Positions 12,030 through 24,000 of a stretch of 64,000 nucleotides of DNA are shown here, piece by piece. This stretch comes from Macrostomum hystrix (taxonomy: Eukaryota > Animalia > Platyhelminthes). Location: assembly GCA_950097015.1 (NCBI GenBank), contig CATNEN010000008.1:2108001-2172000 (forward strand), in the 5' to 3' direction. The first letter of the stretch is position 1. Every line of letters begins with the position of its first letter. The notes under the pieces were generated by a model. That model had not been told where the DNA came from, searched no databases, and saw only the letters and a list, made by a program, of their open reading frames with translations. The translations under genes were made by a program, and so were the position numbers.

Positions 12030-12808
12030 AGTCTGTGCATTTTTTTACTTCATTGAAGCCATGATTAAGAAACTCTGATTAAAAGAGGTCACGACGTAGT
12101 ACGAGTTGGTCATTGTTAGGACACCATCATTGAGAGGTCATTCTCTTGTGGGTCATTGTTGCGAAATCATGATTTAGAACTCATTTTTGAGACACTATGA
12201 TGTTAAGGTCATTTTGTAATAGGTCATTGTTGAGATCCCATTAATTAGAGGTCATTATATAGTTGGTCCTTGTTGTGACATGATGAAAAGGCTATTTTAT
12301 TGTGACGCCAATATAAAATAGTCAATTGGTTGTGACATTATCAATTGGTCATGCTTGAGACATTCTGATTAATTGGTCATTATTTAGTTGGTCGTTATTC
12401 AGCTTCCAATAACTTCCATAGAAATTAGTGGAAATGCTAGTCTTTGTTTTCCATCCTTAAGTCAATGAAGTTTTGTTGTATGCTGTTAGTATAACATTGT
12501 CATGATCTTTTTGCTGTATTTGGTTCCACGAAGTGCTACTGTTTATGAATAATTAAATAAATATAGCATTGCATTTGCCTATCGCTGTTTGCGAGGTGCA
12601 GTTAGAAAAATTCTGTTGGTGATTGGTCTCAACCAAATCCTAAAGTCCCAACCAGCCCCAGAAATCCCAAAAAAGTCCTAGCTAAACTGTAAGAATCCCC
12701 AAACGTCCAAAACCAAGACCTTAGATTAAAAAAATTTACTACTAAAAGACTAAAAGTACACTTTAATCGTTTATTGGCTTTTCTAGCGAATCATCGAATA
12801 TAGCAAGC

Positions 12809-13818
12809 ATGTCTGCCGACGAAGCAATGGAAGAAGAGATCGGTAAAGATTCGACTGAACCGAATAATAATAAGTCGTCATCAATTGGAAAGTCGCTCAA
12901 ACCTGGCATTGTCTACCTGAGCTCAGTGCCGAACGGCATGACAGTTAAACTGGTTCGAGAACACTTGTCACCATACGGCAAATTGGGAAGAGTTTTCCTT
13001 CAGGTTTGTGTTTCCATTTCTGTTTGTCTACTTCATTGCTAGTAAAATCGCTCTTATACACATATTGCGCTTCTAGTCGAGAACTCTTTCGATTGGTTGA
13101 GAGAATCCTGTCTTCTAATTGGTTAAGAGAATACTGGTCCCATTGGTTGAGAGAGTACTGGCTTCCTATTGGTTGAGAAAATACTGGCTTCATATTGGTT
13201 TCTAGAATGCCGTATTTTAATTGGTTCAAAGAATACTGTGCTTTAATTGGTTGAGAGAAATCAGCTGTCTTCTGATTGGTTGATTGAATACTGTACTTAT
13301 CTGCAGACACTATCCCGTACCCCAATTAGGTTGACGAGACAACAGCCCGCAAGCGTTGGCGCCTCTACAGCGAGGGCTGGGTTGAATTTGTTCGCCGCTC
13401 CGATGCCAAACGCTGCGTAGCGGCTCTGAATGCCACGGAGGTGGCGGACAAGAAGAAGCCCTGGGCTGGGCAGCTGTGGAACTTGCGCTATCTGCCGGGC
13501 TTTGCCTGGACTGACATCACCTATCGTGAGGCCAATGAGAAGGCGGTTCGCAACAAGCGATTAGCCATGGAACTGCAGCAGGCTCGCCGGATTGGCAAAT
13601 TGTACAAGGAGTCACTGGAGCAGGCTAAATCTCAGGAGAAAGCTAAGAAATCCAAGGGAGATGCTTTTCAGCCTTTGCCAGCTTTGAAACGCGTTGAACA
13701 GCGTCGTAGGCGTCAACGAGTTGGTCGTCAGGGCGGCGGATCGGATCCTGAACTGCAGGCGGTTAATAATCCGACATTCCTGGCCCAACTGCTGGGTGGC
13801 GGCGCGAAATCTTCATAA
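12809..13818 (+). CDS. ABT1: Activator of basal transcription 1 / pre-rRNA processing factor ESF2 (RRM), 2 exons, about 227 aa
   Basis: Exons 12809-13003 and 13330-13818. Motifs KPGIVYLSSVP...LSPYGKLGRVFLQ, YSEGWVEF and LWNLRYLPGFAWTDI are typical of ABT1/Esf2. Confidence 0.92.
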
Positions 13819-14315
13819 TTATTGATTCCACTTGCATTCTTATATTATTGGTCAGATAGTTAAACGTTTTCCTATTGGTTGGGATTGGCTACAAAGTTAC
13901 TCGCCCTCCCATTGGCTAAGCATCATAACTTATCTTATTGGCTAGAAAGTTAAGCTTTCGTTTAAGCAGAACAGTTTATCGGCTTAAAATATGGCTAAGC
14001 TAACTTTTCTATTTGCAGTTAAGAGCCTAAAGACTAACGTTAGATTGGTTTGTTGTACAGTTTTGCCTTAATTAAAATAATTGGTTCAATCGTTTACGGC
14101 GTATCTTGTCGCATTTACTCCATATTGATGTAATTTTTTGGAAATCCTAAAATCCTAATCCTACTGTAAAATAAAAAATACAATGCTAAAAGCATGCTCT
14201 GATCATTTGCATTTCAAACTTTATCGGACTGCTTTTCAATTTCTTTTACTTTTTGTTGTTCTAGAATAAACCATCTTTTTTTCTTTTCTATTTCAACACC
14301 AATCATTCCGGTCAA

Positions 14316-15530
14316 GCTACCTGTCACACTCATCTAGCTACCTGTCATTCTCATCTAGCTACCTGTCACACTCATCTAGCTACCTGTCACACTCATCTAG
14401 CTACCTGTCATTCTCATCTAGCTACCTGTCACACTCATCTAGCTACCTGTCACTCTCATCTAGCTACCTGTCACACTCATCTAGCTACCTGTCACACTCA
14501 TCTAGCTACCTGTCATTCTCATCTAGCTACCTGTCACACTCATCTAGCTACCTGTCACTCTCATCTAGCTACCTGTCACACTCATCTAGCTACCTGTCAC
14601 ACTCATCTAGCTACCTGTCATTCTCATCTAGCTACCTGTCACACTCATCTAGCTACCTGTCACTCTCATCTAGCTACCTGTCACACTCATCTAGCTACCT
14701 GTCACACTCATCTAGCTACCTGTCATTCTCATCTAGCTACCTGTCACACTCATCTAGCCACCTGTCATTCTCATCTAGCTACCTGTCATTCTCATCTAGC
14801 TACCTGTCACACTCATCTAGCTACCTGTCACAATCATCTAGCTACCTGTCATTCTCATCTAGCTACCTGTCACACTCATCTAGCCACCTGTCATTCTCAT
14901 CTAGCTACCTGTCATTCTCATCTAGCTACCTGTCACACTCATCTAGCTACCTGTCACAATCATCTAGCTACCTGTCACACTCATCTAGCTACCTGTCACA
15001 ATCATCTAGCTACCTGTCATATTAATTTAGCTACCTGTCATACTCTAGCTACCTGTCATAATCATCTAGCTACCTGTCACACTTATCTAGCTACCTGTCA
15101 CAATCATCTAGCTACCTGTCACTCTCATCTAGCTACCTGTCACACTCATCTAGCTAACTGTGATACTCATCTAGCTACCTGTCACTCTCATCTAGCTACC
15201 TGTCACTCTCATCTAGCTACCTGTCACTCTCATCTAGCTACCTGTCATACTCATTTAGCTACCTGTCATTCTCATCTAGCTACCTGTCATTCTCATCTAG
15301 CTACCTGTCACTCTCATCTAGCTACCTGCCACACTCATCTAGCTACCTGTCACTCTCATCTAGCTACCTGTCACTCTCATCTACCTACCTGTCACTCATC
15401 TACCTACCTGTCACTCTCATCTAGCTACCTGTCACACTCATCTAGCTACCTGTCAAACTCATCTAGCTACCTGTCACTCTCATCTAGCTACCTGTCACTC
15501 TCATCTATCTACCTGTCACTCTCATCTAGC
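14316..15530. repeat. 21-bp minisatellite, about 58 copies, ending 10 nt before the putative GSS ATG
   Basis: Unit CTAGCTACCTGTCACACTCAT. Confidence 0.97.
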
Positions 15531-15540
15531 CACCGCCACA

Positions 15541-18091
15541 ATGGCTGTATTACAATGGTTGATAATCCCGCAGCAGCAGCAGCGGCAGCAGCAGCAGCCG
15601 ATAAGGCGGAATCAGTCGAGCAGCCTCACAGGCTCTCAGCAGGCTCGCCTATCCAGTTTAGCCAGAGATCTAGCTTGCCTAAATGGCCTACTACTCAAGG
15701 ACACTACTAACAAAAGCAGCAGCGGCAGTGGCGTGGATCGCTGCATGATGGCTCCCATCACGCTGCTTCCGGCGCCGTTTCCGCGCGACGCATTCAATCA
15801 GGCGTTGGAATTGCAGGCCCTATTCAACACGCTGTATCACCGGGTTGCCAGGGACCACAATTTCCTATCAAGGGTTGTACCGCCTGCCGCTGAGTCGGAT
15901 AATTTTCTGTCAGCCCTGTGGCAGATGTATCTCACCTGTAGGCAGTCGGGCGCCGAGCAGCCCATTACTTTGGCATTGAATCGGGCCGACTATATGCTAG
16001 ATAACGATGCCGGACTCAAACAGGTGTGCTCGCGTGTAGAATGTGCATAAAGCCTAACCACTTTTACAGACAGTTGTACAGCAGCAGCTATTGTGAAATT
16101 TATACCTAAATTTCTACCTCAACTGATTTTGGACTCTTTTCTGTTTAGTGGGTGAGATTTCGGACTCTTTTCTGTCGAGAGGGTGAGATTTCGGATTCTT
16201 TTCTGTCGAGTGGGTGAGATTTCGGATTCTTTTCTGTCGAGTGGGTGAGATTTCGGACTCTTTTCTGTCAAGTGGGTGAGATTTCGGACTCTTTTCAGTC
16301 GAGTGGGTGAGATTTCGGATTCTTTTCTGTCGAGTGGGTGAGATTTCGGATTCTTTTCTGTCGAGTGGGTGAGATTTCGGATTCTTTTCTGTCGAGTGGG
16401 TGAGATTTCGGATTCTTTTCAGTCGAGTGGGTGAGATTTCGGACTCTTTTCTGTCGAGTGGGTGAGATTTCGGATTCTTTTCTGTCGAGTGGGTGAGATT
16501 TCGGATTCTTTTCTGTCGAGTGGGTGAGATTTCGGATTCTTTTCTGTCGAGTGGGTGAGATTTTTGCTTATCAAACATATTCTTCGAAGTACCTATCAAC
16601 CATCAATCAATCATCAATCAATCAATCAATGAACGCAGGTGGAGATCAACCTGATGGCGTCCAGTTTCGGCGGCTTGGCCCAGCGCCTATCCGCCGTGCA
16701 CCGCCAGGTGATGTCGGCAGCCGGGGCCAACGAGCGCGAACTATCCAGACGCTTGCCAGAGAATCGGCCAGCCGAGACCTTCGGCGAAGCGTTCGTTCAA
16801 GCCTGGCGACTCTACGGCCGTCCGGACGCTGTCATCCTGTTCGTCGTCTCGCCAGAGGAGCGCAACGTCTTCGATCAGCGAGCCCTCGAGACCGAGATCT
16901 ACAATGCGGACGCCACCGTGCCGCAGGTTCTTCGGCGCAGTTTCGCCCAGATCGCTGAATCTGCTCGCATTGAAGAAGGCACCGGCCGGCTTTTAATAGG
17001 AGACCAGGAGGTGGCCATTGTGTATTTTAGAGACGGCTATTCGCCCGATCATTTCTCAGACGCATCTGGCGCCGCTTGGAGTACCAAATTGTTAATTGAA
17101 CGATCTAAAGCTATCAAATGTCCGAATGTTGCCTACATGCTGGCCAATACTAAAGCTGTGCAGGCGGCCCTGTGCGAGCCTGGCGCTGTGGCTCGCTACC
17201 TGCCCGGCAAAAGTGCCAAAGTTGAAGCTACTTTTGTTGATCAATGCGTGCTTAGCGATTCTAGGTGAGGCTGGACATTCTATTTTATATTTATTCTATA
17301 TTTTAATCAATTCTTAGAGAAAAACAATGAATGTTCTTTCTGTCCTACTATCAGTAGTGTAGCTTGTGAGTAGTAAATACTGAAAACATTTTTAGATTGT
17401 GCTTTTTGACTACGAAAATCTTTTTTTCAAAAGTCTATAAGTAGATTAGAAGTTGTTGAAAAACTCATTATACGTCTAGTAAAAACAAAACAGTATTATA
17501 CTGATAAAAAGGTAAAAAATACACCTAGGCTTTTTTTACCTTACTCGAGGTTCGAGCTGGCGACCTTGCAATGGCGAGGCAAACAACTTAGCCACTAGGC
17601 TATTATTTCTAGACTATTTTATAACTTAAACAACAGCTCGATTTCAAGCAAGGAGTTCTAAACGTAGCATCTGAATACCGTCACAATGTCTCAGGGCGTC
17701 CCGCTGGCTTCAGGCCGATCCTGAAGACTTCGTATTGAAGCCGCAGCGCGAAGGCGGCGGCAACAATATCTACGGTCGCGACGTTGGCGTCTTCGCCAGC
17801 CGGCTGACAACGCGCCAGGCGGCCGCCTACATTCTGATGCGCCGGATTCGGCCTCAGCAGCAGGTGTCGCTGATGCTCAAAGCCGACCAGCGGCTGGAGC
17901 GCCGGCCGGAGATGCCGCTGTGCGTGTCGGCCATCTCGGAGCTCGGCATCTACGGCGCTTTAGTGGCTAAAAACAATTCCGAACGGCTGAATTGTTCGGC
18001 TGGCCACGTGCTGAGGACTAAGTCCGCCTTTACTGACGAAGGCGGCGTTGCTACGGGCTATTCCTGTATTGACAGCGTCTATTTGGTTTGA
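15541..18091 (+). CDS. GSS: Glutathione synthetase (eukaryotic type), 3 exons, about 501 aa; start codon uncertain
   Basis: Exons 15541-16023, 16639-17264, 17695-18091, frame-consistent. Motifs APITLLPAPFPR, LNRADYML, LKQVEIN..ASSFGGL, YFRDGYSP, IERSKAIKCP, FVLKPQREGGGNNIYG, SELGIYG, GHVLRTK and EGGVATG. Confidence 0.94.
16125..16563. repeat. 31-bp minisatellite in GSS intron 1
   Basis: Unit GAGTGGGTGAGATTTCGGATTCTTTTCTGTC, about 14 copies. Confidence 0.95.
17538..17602 (-). mobile_element. Degenerate tRNA-like SINE head in GSS intron 2
   Basis: The minus strand reads TAGCCTAGTGGCTAAG (A box) ... GCTCGAACCTCGAG (B-box-like). There is no convincing cloverleaf or anticodon arm. Confidence 0.5.
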
Positions 18092-19194
18092 CTTCTATTT
18101 TTAGATTGGCAATATTTCCATGGTAACTGGAAATTCAGATTTTTCATTTCGGAGGCGGCGCCCGAGTTTTTTTCCTAAACATTTATTATTCTTATTCACT
18201 TGATTTTCTAATTTAAAAGTAACAGTTTTTTAACAGTAGAACTACCAAGGGGTGGGAATTCCCCCTGACAATTTTTGTGCTGCACCCGAACGGACCAACG
18301 CAAGCACACGAAACTCCAGAACACGGACCAACTTTTTGTTGCGCATCTTCTGAAACAATGGTCAAATCGCCAGCTTTTCCGACCGTCGAGATATTCAATG
18401 GTTCTGGCCGAAGGTCAGGTGTTTCTCATAAGCGCTAGTGTATTTCATACACCCCTATACAGAAATTAGCACTGCGCCTCAGTGCGGCCTTGCCAGGCCT
18501 TCAAAAATTGATCTGCATGTCACCCGAATGTGGCTGCCTTTATCTAGACGGATTTGCAGGACCTTCAAGGGCAATAACAGGTGGAACTAGGCCACTATGG
18601 ACACCCTGACGCGAATTTCTCCAATTTCACCGATCAAGCCAAAATATTAGGCGCAGCTCAACCACAGGACACCGTCGCCTAGTCTGTCACCACCCAACGC
18701 TGTTAGCATTCAGGCGCTGCCTAAAAAATTTCAGGGGCGGATTACTTATAAAAACGGGCGGCAAAATGGCTTGGTAGTCCTAATGTCAATTTAACAATTC
18801 TTTAATTCCTATTCACTGATCTCTTTCACTTCTTCAGCTTTGTAGTAATTTTTTCAAAAAAAAACAAGTGCTTGATTATTATTTTTTAAGGTTGTGCAAA
18901 ATCGTATAGTTTTTAGAGTTAACTTTACTAGAAAAATTATCTTAAATACGAGCTTTTGTTTGATTTTTGGAAGACTTGAAATTTTTTGTTTCTTTTTTAA
19001 TTCTCCCTAGCATATGTTGTTTTCTAATGAATGTCTAATTCTTTTATTCCCGTGGGACAAATCATTCCATTAGCTTGCTGTAATCCTACTTATTGTATCT
19101 ATTCTATTCTTACCATCTAAATTTCCTTATACTATCATAATTACTCATTTAGAATATTTACTTTTTTACATACTAGGGCAGATCTTTAAAGAAG

Positions 19195-19830
19195 AGTGTG
19201 TACATTAATGGGTTGACCTTGGGGAGTGTGTAAATCAATGAGTTGACTTTGGGGAGTGTTTACATTATTGGGTTGACCTTGAGAAGTGTTTACATAAATG
19301 AGTTGACCTTGGGGAGTGTGTACATTAATGAGTTGACCTTGAGGAGTGTTTACATTAATGAGTTGACCTTGAGGAGTGTTTACATTAATGAGTTGACCTT
19401 GAGGAGTGTTTACATTAATGAGTTGACCTTGAGAAGTGTTTATATTAATGAGTTGACTTTGGGGAGTGTTTACATTAATGAGTTGACTTTGGGGAGTGTG
19501 TACATTAATGAGTTGACTTTGGGGAGTGTTTACGTTATTGGGTTGACCTTGAGAAGTGTTTACATAGATGAGTTGACCTTGGGGAGTGTTTACATTAATG
19601 AGTTGACCTTGAGGAGTGTTTACATTAATGAGTTGACCTTGAGAAGTGTTTATATTAATGAGTTGACTTTGGGGAGTGTGTACATTAATGGGTTGACCTT
19701 GGGTACTGTGTGCATTATTGGATTGACATTGGGTAGTGTGTACATTAACGGGTTGACCTTGGGCTGTGTGCACAATTGATAGGTTGACCTTGGGCAGTGT
19801 GTACATTATTAGGTTGACCTTGGGAAGTGT
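19195..19830. repeat. 30-bp minisatellite
   Basis: Unit GAGTGTTTACATTAATGAGTTGACCTTGAG, degenerating toward the right end. Confidence 0.95.
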
Positions 19831-20544
19831 TTATTTAATCGATTACACTTTGGCTGTTTGTGCACTGGTAGACTGACTTTTGGGGGAATGGGTACATCTT
19901 TAGATTGACCTTGGGTGGTGTACATTGATAGATCGTCCCTAATAGTATATACACACCGTCTCAGAAACGTTAGGTTGGGCATGGTTAGGTTATTTTATCT
20001 CGTTTCGTTACTACGAGTATATAGTACTATTAATAAGAAGTTTTTATCCCTAATAGTTTATATATAAGACATTCGATAATGAATCACATCGCGTATCTTG
20101 TGTGTTTTTTTCACAGATCTTTAAGCCCTTACTCTGCTCGATTATTTGTCTGCTTGAGATTTAGGTGCCTTGTCTCTTAAATATATAGATCTTTGCATAA
20201 CCTTGTAGTTTTTTTTTATTCCGTCGCAAAAATTTCAGCATCTTACGCTCGTACTAGGCTACTAACTTGCTTATAAACTACTTAGCAAGTTTATTTTACA
20301 ATTTAAAAGTTTGCAAACTTTTTTAAGATATCGCGTGTGTAAATTTTGATATTAACAATAACAAAATGCCTATAAACTTTTTCGGCTGAATAAAATTCCA
20401 CGATACTGTGCCACGGTCGTGCAAGGAGATTGCTTTTTTGCGAAAGAATATTGAATAAAAAAGTTGTATTGAAGTTGATTTGATTTTCATTAAAATGCTT
20501 TGGCTTTATAAATTCACGTTAAAAATATGTTCAAACATTAAGCC

Positions 20545-21020
20545 CTTTTTCTTCCATGTATATACATCCCTTTACTATTCCTTCTTTAATGTATATCTGT
20601 CACTTTACTATTCCTTCTTAAATGTACATCTGTCCCTTTACTATTCCTTCTTCAATGTACATCTGTCCCTTTACTATTCCTTCTTAAATGTACATCTGTC
20701 CCTTTACTATTCCTTCTTAAATGTACATCTGGCCCTTTACCATTCCTTCTTCAATGTACATCGTCCCTTTACTATTCCTTCTTCAATGTACATCCGTCCC
20801 TTTACTATTCCTTCTTCAATGTACATCCGTCCCTTTACTATTCCTTCTTCAATGTACACCCGTCCCTTTACTATTCCTTCTTAAATGTACATCTGTCCCT
20901 TTACTATTCCTTCTTCAATTTACATCCGTCCCTTTACTATTCCTTCTTAAATGTACATCCGTCCCTTTACTATTCCTTCTTAAATGTACATCCGTCCCTT
21001 AACTAACCCTTCTTCAATGT
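20545..21020. repeat. 33-bp minisatellite immediately upstream of LPCAT exon 1
   Basis: Unit ATGTACATCTGTCCCTTTACTATTCCTTCTTCA; degenerate copies continue to about 21080. Confidence 0.93.
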
Positions 21021-21054
21021 AGATCCCTCCCTTGGCTAAATAGTATAGCCTTAA

Positions 21055-24000
21055 ATGTACAATCCTTCAATGTACATCTGTCTCGTAGCCAATCAGCGCA
21101 CACTAATTGAGCCGTTGTCAAACGATTCGCTATTTCAGGGGCAGCCGCCGTCCATCAGCGACTCCAACGGCTCCACGGCGGCCGCAGCCAGTTGCGTCTG
21201 TTCGCTGCCCCTGCCGCCTCGGCCGTTCAACCCGTTTCACCACCGGGCGGGTTTCCTGTGGTACCACTGGCTGACGGTGCCATTGTTCAGCCTGCTGGTG
21301 TTTCCCGTGCGGTTGTTCCTGCTGCTCCTCTGCTTGGCCGCGGCGTTTCTGGTGTCTTTCGTTACTCAGATCGGCGGCAAAGCTACTGTGCCACTGTCGC
21401 CTTGGAGATGGTATAGATGCTAACTATTCCCTTGTTCTAGTTTTTTTAATTGGCTTTTAATCACTGTCCACGTTTATAAATTTCTCAAAACTCTTCTTTT
21501 ACGAGTTTTTATAAAGCTTTTATGATTTCCTCAACGTGTTTGGGAGTTAGGAGTTACCAAGGTTAGCTCGCAGTTTCTAAAAAAAGTTTCCTTTTGGTAC
21601 CCTAGTTTTTTATTTAACGGGTTTCCAATTAGGAATTCCCAATGTTAGTTTCTAAAAGGGTTTCCTTTTGGGAATTCCAAAGTTCAGTTTTTAGAAGGAT
21701 TTCCTTTTGGGAATTCCCAATGTTAGTTTCTTAAGAGTTTTCCATGAGGAAATTCCCAAGATAAGTTTCTAAAATAATTTCCTTTGGGAATTCCCAAGCT
21801 TTGTTTCTCCACGGGATTTTAATTAGGAATTCCCCATTCCAAAGTTGGCCTCTAAAATGGTTTTCTATCAGGAATTATCTAGGTTGGTTCCAAAAAGGGT
21901 TTTCCATGAGGAACTCCCAGGGTTAGTTTCTAAAGGGGTTTTCCAAGTGGGATTCTCACGGTGGGTTTCTCGAAGGGTTTTTTAACCAATATCAATACTC
22001 TAATATTTGCCAGTTTCGTGGCCGACCACCTGCTGTTCAACATTGGTCGTCTGGGCGTGTTTGTTAGCGGCTATCAAAGAATCCATGTCAAAGGCTGTCG
22101 AGCTTCGGTCACCGAGGCGCCCCTGGTGGTGGCTGCTCCGCACACTTCGCTCACGGACACCGTGCTGTTTTTCTGTTGGAGACCGCTGCTAGCACCAGTG
22201 ACTAAGGCACCGAGAAATTTCTTTTACAATGGTTTGTAACATTGTGTGCTATCCGATAGGTATTGACTAACTGGGTTTTGACAATTTAGGCTGCAATCGG
22301 TGAAAAATGTCTGTGGACAGTTTAGGCTACTGTCGGTGGACAGTTTAGGCTACTATCGGTTGACAATTTAGGCTAATGTCTGTGGACAGTTTAGGCTACT
22401 GTCGCTGGACAATTTAGGCTACTATCAGTGGACAATTTAGGCTAATGTCTGTGGACAGTTTAGGCTACTGTCGGTGGACAGTTTAGGCTACTATCGGTTG
22501 ACAATTTAGGCTACTGTCAGTGGACAATTTAGGCTACTGTCGCTGGACAATTTAGGCTACTATCAGTGGACAATTTAGACTAATGTCTGTGGACATTTTA
22601 GGCTACTGTCGCTGGACAATTTAGGCTACTGTCTGTGGACAGTTTAGGCTACTGTCGTTGGACAATTTAGGCTACTGTCGCTGGACAATTTAGGCTACTT
22701 CGGGCAAATTTTGGCAGGCAGTTTTTAGCAAAACATTTTGGACAATTTCAAATCTCAAAGTCGAAGCCCTTGCCGCTGCCTGAGCAGTGATGCTGCCCAC
22801 AGGCGAGTCGCTAGTCGTCGAACGAGACAACCGCCAGAAGCGCGCCCAGGCAGCCGAGGAGATCATCCGTCGAGCCCGTTCCAGCTTTGATGGCGGCCAA
22901 GTCTATCGCCAGCTGTTGACCTTTCCGGAGGGAACCTGCACCAATGGCGGCGCGCTGATCGGCTTCAGATCGGGAGCGTTCGCCCCTGGCGTGCCCGTGC
23001 AGCCGCTTCTGTTGCGTCACGTCGATCCGCTGAAACTGCACTGCTGGGCGGTCGACGGATCGTCAATGTGAGCTCTGACTGTCTTCTGTTCTTGGATTTA
23101 TGTAGATTGCTACTTAGGTTAAGAATATTTTGTATTCGTTCTCACTGGTATCTTTTCCCCTTCTGACTGGGATCTCTTCCCCTTCTCACTGGGATCTTTT
23201 CCCCTTCTGACTGGGATCTCTTCCCCTTCTCACTGGGATCTCTTCCCCTTCTCACTGGGATCTTTTCCCCTTCTGACTGGGATCTCTTCCCCTTCTCACT
23301 GGGATCTCTTCCCCTTCTCACTGGGATCTTTTCCCCTTCTGACTGGGATCTCTTCCCCTTCTGACTAGGATCTCTTCCCCTTCTTACTGTGATCTCTTCC
23401 CCTTCTCATTGGGATCTTTTCCCCTTCTCACTGGTATATTTTCCCCTCCTCACTGGGATCTCTTCCCCTCCTCACTGGGATCTCTTCCCCTCCTCACTGG
23501 GATCTCTTCCCCTCCTTACTGGGATCTCTTCCCCTCCTCACAGGGATCTCTTCCCCTCCTTACTGGGATCTCTTCCCCTCCTCACTGGGATCTCTTCCCC
23601 TTCTCACTGGGATCTCTTCCCCTCCTCACTGGGATCTCTTCCCCTTCTCACTGGGATCTCTTCCCCTCCTTACTGGGATCTCTTCCCCTCCTTTCTGGGA
23701 TCTCTTCCCCTCCTCACTGGGATCTCTTCCCCTCCTCACTGGGATCTCTTCCCCTCCTCACTGGGATCTCTTCCCCTCCTCACTGGGATCTCTTTGTTGT
23801 GGCTGCTAGCCAAATGAGCGAGGCGAGGCTGAATCAAGTTAACCAAAGGAGAGGGTGCTCTCTCGCGTAGCGAGAGCCGTGCTTAAATATTCTTGAACGT
23901 CACATGTACATCGATTACATGGGTACACTATGAGCAGATGTGCACATAGGCCATTCACAACACTTCCCCTCCTAATATCTGTTCCTCTCCTCACTGAGAT

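Noticed and set aside
18140-18780. Possible degenerate DNA transposon downstream of GSS (GGCGGCGCCCGA / TCAGGCGCTGCC)
   Set aside because: The inverted match is only about 10 of 12 nt, with no TSD and no coding remnant.
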